Positions 49,126 to 57,645 of a stretch of 64,000 bases of DNA are shown one piece after another; positions within the stretch are counted from its first letter, which is position 1, and each line of letters opens with the position of its first letter. Under the pieces are notes generated by a model, which did not search any database, was not told the DNA's origin, and saw only the letters and a program-made list of their open reading frames with translations. This DNA comes from Thermoplasmatota archaeon. Its GTDB lineage: Archaea; Thermoplasmatota; E2; UBA202; JdFR-43. Location: positions 3,289 to 67,288 of the forward strand of contig JAPDJP010000007.1 of NCBI GenBank assembly GCA_029259055.1. The letters are read 5' to 3'. Position numbers and translations under genes: made by a program.

Positions 49126-51903
49126 ATGAAAATGAACAGAAGAAAGATAGCAATATTAGTTGTATTATCTTTATCTCTATCCCTTTTATCAGGATGCGTC
49201 GAAAAATTTAAGGAAGTAGAAGGATTCGACATGAAAACAATAGAGAATATAAAATCTGAGAGAATTGAAGACGCCGTTCCTATAATAGTAAGTAATAAAA
49301 ATCCATTTTATGCAGTTATTGCAACCCCTGTAGCATTATATTATGATGAAGAAGAGCATGTAGAGCCGTTGCTTGTCGAAGACTTTGATAATCCCTCAAA
49401 GCCTGTTATTAGGTTTAAGGAATATTATCCCGCAAACTATATTGAAATAAGAGACGGAACACCCGAAAATGTTTCCATAAGGTTAAGTAATATATGGGAG
49501 AAAAGCGACGCCGCCCTTATTATTGAAGATAGTCAGAAAGGTTACGAACTTGGTATTGTTGCTGCTCCTCTTGCCAGCTACTTAAACATCCCCATTTTTG
49601 TTACAAATTCCACAGATAACATTAAAAGCTATTTGAAAAAATTAGGAGTAAAATATACTTTCATATGTGGTGAGTTAGAAGGTTATGGAATAACTTGGAG
49701 ATTCGATAGTGTAGATGAAATAAATGATTTAATGATTGAATTTTTAAATAAAAAATTTGGTGGCATTAAATACATAACCATGGCCAATCCATTAGATGCT
49801 TGGCCACCGAGGGTTTTAAATAGAACTGTATTTCATTTCGAAGGAAAAACAAGTTCTGTAGCAATACTCCCCTCAACAATTACTTCAACTGCTAAAGGCT
49901 TTATGAATCCTGGCAAACATAATTTTACTATTCCCGAAGGATATAAATATGCTCTAGTTAAAATAGATTTAGAAAATCTTGATTCCGAAGATGTGGAAGA
50001 TCTAGGCGATTATTTGACATTATCTGGAGGTCCCAGATTAGAGGAAGTTCCTCTGGAACAGCAAATGTTTGAGATACAGATTACAACAATGGCTGGAATA
50101 CCAGAAAGGGATGAAAATGGCAGAATCATAAAAGATAAGCTTCATTATGAAATGGTTCTTTATGATAGAGATGGGGTAACATATGATTTACAGGTAATTG
50201 GAACATGGCTTGCAAAAAAGGAAGGAAGTTATAGGTTGAATGTTACTGTTGAAAGCTTGGAAAACCCCTATTATCCTCTAATGAAAAATCTTTCATCTAT
50301 TGCTCCATATTTAACAGCATATCGTAAAGGATTATTATTTGCAAAGCCAGAATTTGCTTTTGCAGCAAATGATAATGTTACAGTAAATGGAGAAAAATGC
50401 CCTGGATTTTATGTTCCTAGGAAAAATCCAAAGCTTGCAATTGCATCAAATGAACATGTATTAAAAATACATGAAATGCTTAATAACCTGCTTGCAAAAA
50501 TAGCGAACATATCTTCTGATGATTTGGAAAAGCTAAGAAACTACTATGCGGAAAATCCAATATATATTGCAATAGTTGGTGGAGCAACAATGATTCCACA
50601 ATATATTTACGAAAATCCTGACACTCCTTTAGATGAGCCAATGGCAATATACTATTTTGGATATGGCACTCCTAGTGATTTTATATATGGTGATATTGAC
50701 CCAAATCCAAATGATATAAAGAATGATACATTTACAAAATGGCCTTTCCAAGAAAATATTGTTGCCCGCGTTACCGGATGGGATGTGCAAGACGCTTCCG
50801 CGTTAATTTGTAGAACCATATTTTATGAAGAGATAGTAAAAAAATTGACAGAATGGAGGAAAACAGCCACCGTTCAAACTGGTTGTGGAACGGATTTCCA
50901 GAAAATACCCATTTTAGAGCAAATTAAAAATATACTGGCACCATTCTTGGGAGGAGCGGCTGGCGAGCCAATGAAGTTTCCATCAGGAGCGACGCATTTT
51001 TCTGGAGATTATGTTGCGTCTGTAATAAAGGAAGGTGGTTATGAAGTTTTAAGAACAGAATATACGGTGTCACAATACAAAGGATTTAGTGATGAAGCGC
51101 TGAATAAAATAAAGAAGGCAGGCGTGCTGAATATGCTCCTATTTCCAAAAACAGAAATAAAGCTTGTTAGCGGGGAGAAGGTCGTTAAAGGTGGAGAATA
51201 TCAAGAGAGGAGCAATATTATATATGCAAATGGTCATGGAAGCATGCATCTCTATGAATTTGGAGACGTTTTTATGTGGGGGCTGGGTATAGGTTACGTA
51301 ATTATTCCAATATTTATGGAATTTCTTACTAGAATATCAATATTTGCAACTCCATTAGGAGCGTTAGGAACATATTGTCCAAGAAATGTTGAAAATATGG
51401 AGCTAGGACCATCTGTTGTTATTATTGAGAGCTGTGTCGTTGGCAAAATAGATGGAATGTATCCTCAAAACAATATTGGGCAAGCATATCTGCATGCTGG
51501 TGCAAATGCTTTAGTTGCTGCATCAACCTTTACAAATGTGGCGGGATATTTAAAACCAAGACCGTTTGTAAATAGCTTTGGAATAATTGGTTATTTAAAA
51601 GCATGGTATGATTTAATAACGAGAGGAGAATATCCGGAAGTAAACTTTGGAGTAATAATACATACAGATTTTATACGCAATCTAATAGAAAATAATACCG
51701 ATATTGGAACAGCTTTTAGAAATGCAAGGAATTCTTATTTGCCGAAAGATGCAAACTCCACATTCTTGTGGGTTCCACCATTAGAAAAGCAACTAATTAA
51801 AAGAGGAACAAAAGTTATGAATAAAAAATACAATACTTTCCTAGAATACAATTTATTCGGAGACCCCGCCTTTAATCCTTACCAGCCAGTAAATAACGGA
51901 TAA
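49126..51903 (+). CDS. Large lipobox-bearing surface protein with clan CD / C25 (gingipain-like) putative cysteine peptidase domain
   Basis: Start chosen at MKMNRRKIAILVVLSLSLSLLSGC (lipobox-like LSGC). The ORF track begins at 49075. A CWB2-like Rossmann module (ALIIEDSQKGYELGIVAAPLASYLNIPIFV). IIYANGHGS (His codon 51235-51237), VVIIESCVVGK (Cys codon 51433-51435), terminal LFGDPAFNPY. Confidence 0.6.
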   Translation: MKMNRRKIAILVVLSLSLSLLSGCVEKFKEVEGFDMKTIENIKSERIEDAVPIIVSNKNPFYAVIATPVALYYDEEEHVEPLLVEDFDNPSKPVIRFKEYYPANYIEIRDGTPENVSIRLSNIWEKSDAALIIEDSQKGYELGIVAAPLASYLNIPIFVTNSTDNIKSYLKKLGVKYTFICGELEGYGITWRFDSVDEINDLMIEFLNKKFGGIKYITMANPLDAWPPRVLNRTVFHFEGKTSSVAILPSTITSTAKGFMNPGKHNFTIPEGYKYALVKIDLENLDSEDVEDLGDYLTLSGGPRLEEVPLEQQMFEIQITTMAGIPERDENGRIIKDKLHYEMVLYDRDGVTYDLQVIGTWLAKKEGSYRLNVTVESLENPYYPLMKNLSSIAPYLTAYRKGLLFAKPEFAFAANDNVTVNGEKCPGFYVPRKNPKLAIASNEHVLKIHEMLNNLLAKIANISSDDLEKLRNYYAENPIYIAIVGGATMIPQYIYENPDTPLDEPMAIYYFGYGTPSDFIYGDIDPNPNDIKNDTFTKWPFQENIVARVTGWDVQDASALICRTIFYEEIVKKLTEWRKTATVQTGCGTDFQKIPILEQIKNILAPFLGGAAGEPMKFPSGATHFSGDYVASVIKEGGYEVLRTEYTVSQYKGFSDEALNKIKKAGVLNMLLFPKTEIKLVSGEKVVKGGEYQERSNIIYANGHGSMHLYEFGDVFMWGLGIGYVIIPIFMEFLTRISIFATPLGALGTYCPRNVENMELGPSVVIIESCVVGKIDGMYPQNNIGQAYLHAGANALVAASTFTNVAGYLKPRPFVNSFGIIGYLKAWYDLITRGEYPEVNFGVIIHTDFIRNLIENNTDIGTAFRNARNSYLPKDANSTFLWVPPLEKQLIKRGTKVMNKKYNTFLEYNLFGDPAFNPYQPVNNG

Positions 51904-51909
51904 TTTAAT

Positions 51910-52206
51910 TCAATACTCCCTCCATCTATGCCCGCATTTAGTGCAGGTATATATCCTTGTCTCAGGCTCATCAGCAGCTCTTGTTTGGCGTAAAATCCAA
52001 TATGCTTCGTTATTTCCGCATTTGGGGCATATAACGCTTGTTTTTGGCAAAAGAGAGACATCTTCTTCAATTACTGCAAATTCTTTTTCCTCTCTTTTTG
52101 AAACAATGATTTTATTTCCCTCTTTTTCCTTCCTAAATCCGCATCTTTTGCATACCATTTCTTTACCCTTTGGATATAGCAAGGAGCCACATTTTGGACA
52201 GAACAT
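51910..52206 (-). CDS. tfs: Transcription factor S (TFS) / RNA polymerase subunit M-like
   Basis: 98 aa. N-terminal ribbon CPKCGSLL...CKRCG and C-terminal TFIIS-type ribbon CPKCGNNEAYW..QTRAADEPET...CTKCGHRW. Confidence 0.9.
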   Translation of the reverse strand: MFCPKCGSLLYPKGKEMVCKRCGFRKEKEGNKIIVSKREEKEFAVIEEDVSLLPKTSVICPKCGNNEAYWILRQTRAADEPETRIYTCTKCGHRWREY

Positions 52207-52517
52207 GAGCCAAAAAACAGATAACTATAAAATCTTTGCTACTTTTTAGTTATGCATCTTTTTGGAAAAGAGTAAAAAATATACAATAAGCAAAATATAA
52301 AAATGCAGTCGCCCTGAGAAGCAATTTTTCTTTGCCTCTCTTTCTCCCGGGCTTTCCACCCACAAATTTTCAAAAGTAGTTTTTATATACTCAATTAGGG
52401 GGATTCTTGGTATATTATTCTGATCCTTCACAGTTTTATTCTAACATTTTTAGCTGGTTCTTCACCAACATTTTTCCATTTTAAAGGTAACTTCAAGTCA
52501 ACCACAAAGTCGAGGAA

Positions 52518-52591
52518 CGGGCTCGGGGGGATTTGAACCCCCGACCAACAGGTTAAGAGCCTGCCGCTCTACCTAGCTGAGCTACGAGCCC
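52518..52591 (-). tRNA. tRNA-Lys (anticodon CUU)
   Basis: Reverse complement is GGGCTCGTAGCTCAGCTAGGTAGAGCGGCAGGCTCTTAACCTGTTGGTCGGGGGTTCAAATCCCCCCGAGCCCG. Clean cloverleaf, anticodon loop CTCTTAA, 74 nt, no CCA. Confidence 0.9.
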
Positions 52592-52630
52592 CATTTTTTA
52601 ATACATAAAAATTTTTAATTGTTTCGCGTT

Positions 52631-54958
52631 TTACCCCATTTCCTTCCAAAGTCTGTTATTCCAAGACTCATATAATTCCTTTTTATCCAAATCAACATAT
52701 TTTTTCATTTCATCTCCATCATATATGACGAGTCCTTTTCCTTTTACAATTCCTATTTTATACGTAGGAATATCCTCAAATAATTTCCTAAATTCTTCCT
52801 CTTTTTCTTTATTAACTTCAACAACCCATCTAGTATTACTTTCAGAGAATAATTTAAAATCAGTTCTTAAATTAGGTATAGAATATAAACAAATTTCCGC
52901 CCCTTTTCCAGCAATTACCATTTCAGCTAATGTAACTGCTAATCCTCCATTTGAAATATCATGGCAAGATGCTATTATTCCATCTTCAATAGCTCTTACA
53001 ACTTTTTCCATACTATTTTTAAGAACTTTTGCATCGCTCCTTGGTACTCTGCCAGCATTTATACCCAGTAATTTATAATACTCACTTCCTCCCATCTCTT
53101 TTTTTGTTTCCCCAATTAGATAAATTGGATTTTCCTCTTTTTTAAAATCAATTGTTGCACATTTCCTCACATCCTTTACTATTCCTATAGCCATAATTGT
53201 TGGGGTTGGGGCAACGCTTCCAATGGTGCTCTCATTATAAAAACTCACATTTCCAGAAACAAAAGGAACATCTAGAACACTCGCCATATCATGCAATGCT
53301 TTTAAGCAATAAACAAATTCCCCCATTCTTTCAGGCTTTTCAGGATTTCCAAAATTTAGACAATCAGCAAAAGAGCTTATTCTAGCTCCTACAGCTGCCA
53401 AATTTCTACAAGCTTCATCAATAGCGGAACAGGTGCCGTGATATGGGTTGAGAGATGTATAGTATGGATTAATATCTGTTGTTATTGCCAATCCTTTAAA
53501 GGAATCTTCCAATGGTTTAATGACAACCGCATCAGAATGGCTTTGCATTTCTATGTTACCCTGTAACGGCTTTATTACGGTAGAGCCTCTTACTTCAAAA
53601 TCATATTGCCTTATTACCCATTCCCTACTGCAAACATTATATGAAGATAAAATTTTTAGTAAAGTCGATTGTAAATCTGGCATTTCAAAATCTATATCTT
53701 CTCTTTCTCTTCCCTTTGGCTTAATCCATTCCCTCCTATATTCCAATGCTCCTACCTGGAATCTCAAATCAAGCTCACCAACGATTTGATTTTTATAGTA
53801 AATTCTTATGATGGGCTCTTCAATAACTTTTCCTATAGGAACAGCTTCAACATCCCATTCTTCAAATATTTTAAGAACCTCTTTTAAATTTTCTTCCTTT
53901 ACAACTAACAACATCCTTTCCTGACTTTCAGAAACCCAAATTTCCCATGGTTTCATATCTTCCTCTCTTAAAGGAACTTTTTCCAGATAAACTTCTGTCC
54001 CATATCCAGCTTCATAAGCAATCTCGCTACACACACATGATAGCCCACCGCCCCCCATATCTTTCATTCCTTCTATTAATCCTTTTTCATTGCATTCTAA
54101 ACACGCGTGAATTAGCGGTTCTTTTGTTATTGGGTCACCAAGCTGGACAGCGGTAATAGATTTTTCTTCAGATTCTTCTTTCAGCTCTTCAGAAGCAAAA
54201 GTTACTCCATGTATTCCATCCCTTCCCGTTTTCCCACCAGCATATACCAAGATATCTCCCGGTTTCTTTACTCTACTATGAACAAGCTTATCTTTTTTAA
54301 CAATACCTACGCATCCAACATTTACCAAGCAATTGCCTATATAGCTGTTATGGAAATATACCTGTCCAGCCACTGTAGGTATACCAACTCTATTCCCATA
54401 ATCTCTTATTCCTTCAACAACTCTTTTAAATAGATATCGAGGATGTTTAATTCCTTTTGGCAAACTCTCATATCTAACATTCAACTCACCGAAGAAAAGC
54501 GGATCAATTAAAGCAATAGGCTGTGCTCCCATACAAAGCACATCTCTCAGTATACCTCCTATTCCTGTCGCAGCCCCTCCATATGGTTCGATGGCGGATG
54601 GATGATTATGACTTTCTAAAGCAACCACGTAATAATGCTTATCATCAAATTCCATAACACCAGCATCTTCTCTTGCAATTATTTTCTCCTTGGCAATGTT
54701 GTAAATATACTGTTTCAAAAAATATTTAGAAGATTTATAACAACAATGTTCACTCCATGATTGAGCTAATGCTTCAAGCTCCAAATCACTCGGCAATCTC
54801 CCCAGTTTTTTAAAGTATTCTCTTATTCTTTTCATCTCTTCTAAATTCAATGCTAAACCCATAGATTTGCTTATATTAAGTAATTCATCATCAGAAGCAT
54901 TTAACAAATCTATTCTGTATATGTATCCATCCTTTACGAATAATTTATTCATGGGCAT
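52631..54958 (-). CDS. purL: Phosphoribosylformylglycinamidine synthase subunit II
   Basis: 775 aa. SEHCCYKS, ESHNHPSAIEPYGGAATG, DCLNFGNPE and other PurL blocks. Overlaps the purS stop by 14 nt. Confidence 0.95.
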   Translation of the reverse strand: MPMNKLFVKDGYIYRIDLLNASDDELLNISKSMGLALNLEEMKRIREYFKKLGRLPSDLELEALAQSWSEHCCYKSSKYFLKQYIYNIAKEKIIAREDAGVMEFDDKHYYVVALESHNHPSAIEPYGGAATGIGGILRDVLCMGAQPIALIDPLFFGELNVRYESLPKGIKHPRYLFKRVVEGIRDYGNRVGIPTVAGQVYFHNSYIGNCLVNVGCVGIVKKDKLVHSRVKKPGDILVYAGGKTGRDGIHGVTFASEELKEESEEKSITAVQLGDPITKEPLIHACLECNEKGLIEGMKDMGGGGLSCVCSEIAYEAGYGTEVYLEKVPLREEDMKPWEIWVSESQERMLLVVKEENLKEVLKIFEEWDVEAVPIGKVIEEPIIRIYYKNQIVGELDLRFQVGALEYRREWIKPKGREREDIDFEMPDLQSTLLKILSSYNVCSREWVIRQYDFEVRGSTVIKPLQGNIEMQSHSDAVVIKPLEDSFKGLAITTDINPYYTSLNPYHGTCSAIDEACRNLAAVGARISSFADCLNFGNPEKPERMGEFVYCLKALHDMASVLDVPFVSGNVSFYNESTIGSVAPTPTIMAIGIVKDVRKCATIDFKKEENPIYLIGETKKEMGGSEYYKLLGINAGRVPRSDAKVLKNSMEKVVRAIEDGIIASCHDISNGGLAVTLAEMVIAGKGAEICLYSIPNLRTDFKLFSESNTRWVVEVNKEKEEEFRKLFEDIPTYKIGIVKGKGLVIYDGDEMKKYVDLDKKELYESWNNRLWKEMG

Positions 54959-55199
54959 CTTCTATTTCTATTTTGTAATCATTAATTACAGGATTTGCAA
55001 GCAATTTTTTGCACATTTCCTCCAGTCTTTTTAAAGCCCTCTCTTTATCATCCTCTTCAATGAAAATTTCTACAAGCTTTGACACCCTTACTTCTTTTAC
55101 TTCTTTAAAATGGAGTAAATTTAATGCTTTCGCAATATTCTTTCCTTCCGGATCCGCAACACCTTTTTTTAATTTAATTTCAACTCTCGCTTTCAACAT
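54945..55199 (-). CDS. purS: Phosphoribosylformylglycinamidine synthase subunit PurS
   Basis: MLKARVEIKLKKGVADPEGKNIAKAL... is the typical PurS start (ATG 55197-55199). About 84 aa. The ORF track extends to 55235. Confidence 0.85.
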   Translation of the reverse strand: MLKARVEIKLKKGVADPEGKNIAKALNLLHFKEVKEVRVSKLVEIFIEEDDKERALKRLEEMCKKLLANPVINDYKIEIEDAHE

Positions 55200-55674
55200 G
55201 TATCTCTCCTTTAGAATGACAATTTGGACATTCATAAATTAATGGCTTTTCTCCAGTATCAAAGATTTCGAATTCATTATTACAATTCTGGCAGATAACT
55301 TTTAATCTTCTTCCTTCGGTTGTCCTTCCTTTTAATACCCCTTCCATTCCACAATTTGGGCAGGTATATCTTAGAGGTCTTACTCCTGTATCAGATATTG
55401 TAAAGGTTGTTTTGCAATTGCTACAAAAAACTTTTTTTAGTGCTTCAGAAACAATTTTTATTTCTTTTATTTCTTTTTTCGGAGTCGATATGTAAATGAT
55501 GATTTCAAGAATTAAAAACAAAATATAGATAGCCATACCTATTATGCTCCAGCTTTTTAATGATAAAAGCAAATTATAGCCAAATTTTATTTCATTTATA
55601 GTAACGATAGCAAGCCAAATAAAATAAGTTATTGAAATGATAATAATTAATTTAAGTAGATTTTTTTGGCTCAT
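55180..55674 (-). CDS. Membrane protein with two tandem MJ0042-like zinc ribbons (hypothetical)
   Basis: 164 aa. Two N-terminal TM helices, then the duplicated units CSNCKTTFTISDTGVRPLRYTCPNCGMEG and CQNCNNEFEIFDTGEKPLIYECPNCHSKG. Confidence 0.5.
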   Translation of the reverse strand: MSQKNLLKLIIIISITYFIWLAIVTINEIKFGYNLLLSLKSWSIIGMAIYILFLILEIIIYISTPKKEIKEIKIVSEALKKVFCSNCKTTFTISDTGVRPLRYTCPNCGMEGVLKGRTTEGRRLKVICQNCNNEFEIFDTGEKPLIYECPNCHSKGEIHVESES

Positions 55675-55707
55675 CTAAGGAGTTATTTTTTAACCCTTTA
55701 TAAATTT

Positions 55708-56358
55708 TTATAACTTCCTTAATTCTCTCCTACTTAGCATGGATACTGGAAGAATTTTTTTGTATGAATAATAGAAAATTATTAATGCTATAAAAATTGA
55801 AATTATTGGAATAAAATTAAAGGAAAAGGAAAGAATCAATGTTAGCCAGATTATAGCTCCTATTAAAAAGGAGAGAGAAAAGTATTTCATGCTCTCCTTT
55901 CTTTTTATTCCCATTCCAAGCATTATCCCAATAGAACAACTTATTAATATAACCGATATAGGAAGAAAAATTAATGGAATTTTTTCAATGCTTATTTCAA
56001 AACTTTTTCCTAAGAAAAAAGGAGCAAAAGTTGAAGAAAAACCAAGTCCCAACGCTCCTCCATATAAAGGTAATCCTTCATTACCTAATTTTTTCAAATT
56101 AAGTATAGCAAATTTGGAAATTTGCTCTAAGAAAGAAAAGAGGAAAGAATAAATTATTATTATATCGATAAAATAGGGCATTGAATACAAAGTGGAACCT
56201 TCTATTAAGTAAATTATTGCCCCCAAAACAATGCCCGCAATAAAGGATATAAAAATATATCTTTCCTTAAATTTACCTTCATATCCTCCTGTTATAATAT
56301 AAAGAATAATGAGAGAAGGTATTATTCCTAAAGGAAGCAGTAATGATGTTATTTCCAT
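55708..56358 (-). CDS. Polytopic membrane protein (hypothetical)
   Basis: 216 aa, about 6-7 TM helices, one Cys and no His. Not recognisable as CcdA/DsbD or PrsW. Co-directional with the downstream-facing thioredoxin-fold genes. Confidence 0.4.
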   Translation of the reverse strand: MEITSLLLPLGIIPSLIILYIITGGYEGKFKERYIFISFIAGIVLGAIIYLIEGSTLYSMPYFIDIIIIYSFLFSFLEQISKFAILNLKKLGNEGLPLYGGALGLGFSSTFAPFFLGKSFEISIEKIPLIFLPISVILISCSIGIMLGMGIKRKESMKYFSLSFLIGAIIWLTLILSFSFNFIPIISIFIALIIFYYSYKKILPVSMLSRRELRKL

Positions 56359-56378
56359 ACTTTTAAAATTAAGACCAT

Positions 56379-56843
56379 TTATAATAATTCATCTATTTTT
56401 TGCATCAATTCATCAGCTGATATTACGCCTACATGCGTAAATTCTATTTCTCCATTTCCATTAAAAATATATATTGTTGGAATGGCTTCTATTGAATAAT
56501 TTTCTGCAATTCCATATCGGTCCATTCCAAAAATCCAATAATTTATGTAATTTCCGAAAGTACTTTTTATTTTATTCGCATTATCAGTTGGGCTAACACT
56601 AATAGAAATTACTGTTATATTATTTCCATAATGTTCAACAATTTTTTTCAATTCCTCCATTTCGACATGGCATGGATAGCACCACGTAGCCATAAAATCA
56701 ACAATTATTACCTTCCCCCTGTAATCACTCAATTTTTTTATTTCTCCATCAATTGTTATAAAAGAGAAATCCTCTCCCTTTGTTTCTTCTTTAACGCATC
56801 CCGCCAATGCAAAAATAAAGATAAGAAAAACAATTTTTTTCAT
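56379..56843 (-). CDS. TlpA/ResA-like thiol-disulfide oxidoreductase, probable extracytoplasmic lipoprotein
   Basis: 154 aa. Signal with a lipobox-like FALAGC, and a thioredoxin-fold active site WCYPCHVE. Its start overlaps the trx stop by 4 nt (ATGA). Confidence 0.75.
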   Translation of the reverse strand: MKKIVFLIFIFALAGCVKEETKGEDFSFITIDGEIKKLSDYRGKVIIVDFMATWCYPCHVEMEELKKIVEHYGNNITVISISVSPTDNANKIKSTFGNYINYWIFGMDRYGIAENYSIEAIPTIYIFNGNGEIEFTHVGVISADELMQKIDELL

Positions 56844-57235
56844 AGATATCTCATTATCCAGTCTTTAAGCATATCAGCAGGCAATGCCCCAACGAGTCTA
56901 TCAACTAGCTTTCCTTCCTTAAATAAAAGCAAAGTCGGTATACTCATTATCCTAAATCTCATTGCAACTTTTGGATTCTCATCAACATTTAATTTGGCAA
57001 AAACAACCTTACCAGCCATTTCTTTTGCAAGTTCATCTATTATTGGAGAAATCATTCTGCATGGCCCACACCATGGAGCCCAGCAATCAACAACTACAAC
57101 AGGGTATTTTGAAACAAATTCATCAAATTCATCATCGCTTACTTTTACTGGCTTATTGGGCATTTTTACTTTAGGCATTGCTTCTTTAAGCAATTTTTGT
57201 GCAAGCTTTTCTTTAATTTTTTCTACCTCATTCAT
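56840..57235 (-). CDS. trxA: Thioredoxin with an N-terminal extension of about 30 aa
   Basis: WAPWCGPC active site with IMSIPTLLLFKEGK. Start chosen at MNEVEKIKE (ATG 57233-57235). The ORF track extends to 57286. Confidence 0.85.
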   Translation of the reverse strand: MNEVEKIKEKLAQKLLKEAMPKVKMPNKPVKVSDDEFDEFVSKYPVVVVDCWAPWCGPCRMISPIIDELAKEMAGKVVFAKLNVDENPKVAMRFRIMSIPTLLLFKEGKLVDRLVGALPADMLKDWIMRYL

Positions 57236-57330
57236 GGGCGATAATATTTTAGTAGTATATAACGTTTTTGCATAAATTTTGCACAACCGTTTTATATTTC
57301 TTTATTATTAATTTTATGGATTGTAAAAGA

Positions 57331-57645
57331 ATGTTTAGGTACATGTTCAATATTGGAAAAAATGAACTTCTTATATATAAAATTCTACTAAGAAAAAAAA
57401 TGAGAGTAGAAGAATTAGGAAAAATTTTAGGAAAAGATAGAAGCACTGTGCAAAGGAGTTTAAAAAGATTGATGAACTGCGGAATGGTAAAAAGAGAAAG
57501 AAAATTGTTGGATGGAGGAGGATTTTATTATGTTTATTCTTCAATTCCTATTAATGATTTGAAGAAATGGTTAAATAATTGTATTGAAGAATGGTATAGG
57601 GAAATGAAAGAAGCAATAAAAAATTTAGAAGACATCATTTCATAA
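57331..57645 (+). CDS. Small winged-helix transcriptional regulator (TrmB/MarR-like)
   Basis: ELLIYKILLRKKMRVEELGKILGKDRSTVQRSLKRLMNCGMVKRE wHTH. Divergent from the trx operon. Start set at ATG 57331. The ORF track begins at 57268. Confidence 0.55.
   Translation: MFRYMFNIGKNELLIYKILLRKKMRVEELGKILGKDRSTVQRSLKRLMNCGMVKRERKLLDGGGFYYVYSSIPINDLKKWLNNCIEEWYREMKEAIKNLEDIIS

Noticed and set aside
49020-49232. A 70-aa minus-strand ORF overlapping the start of the 942-aa ORF and the FeoA 5' end.
   Set aside because: It is low-complexity and hydrophobic, overlaps two better-supported genes and their likely promoter region, and has no motif.
52592-52592. An extra G immediately 5' of tRNA-Lys (four Gs in a row), reminiscent of the G-1 of tRNA-His.
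   Set aside because: The anticodon is unambiguously CTT (Lys). The 7-bp acceptor stem closes without this base, and it would face the G discriminator. It is most likely just flanking sequence.
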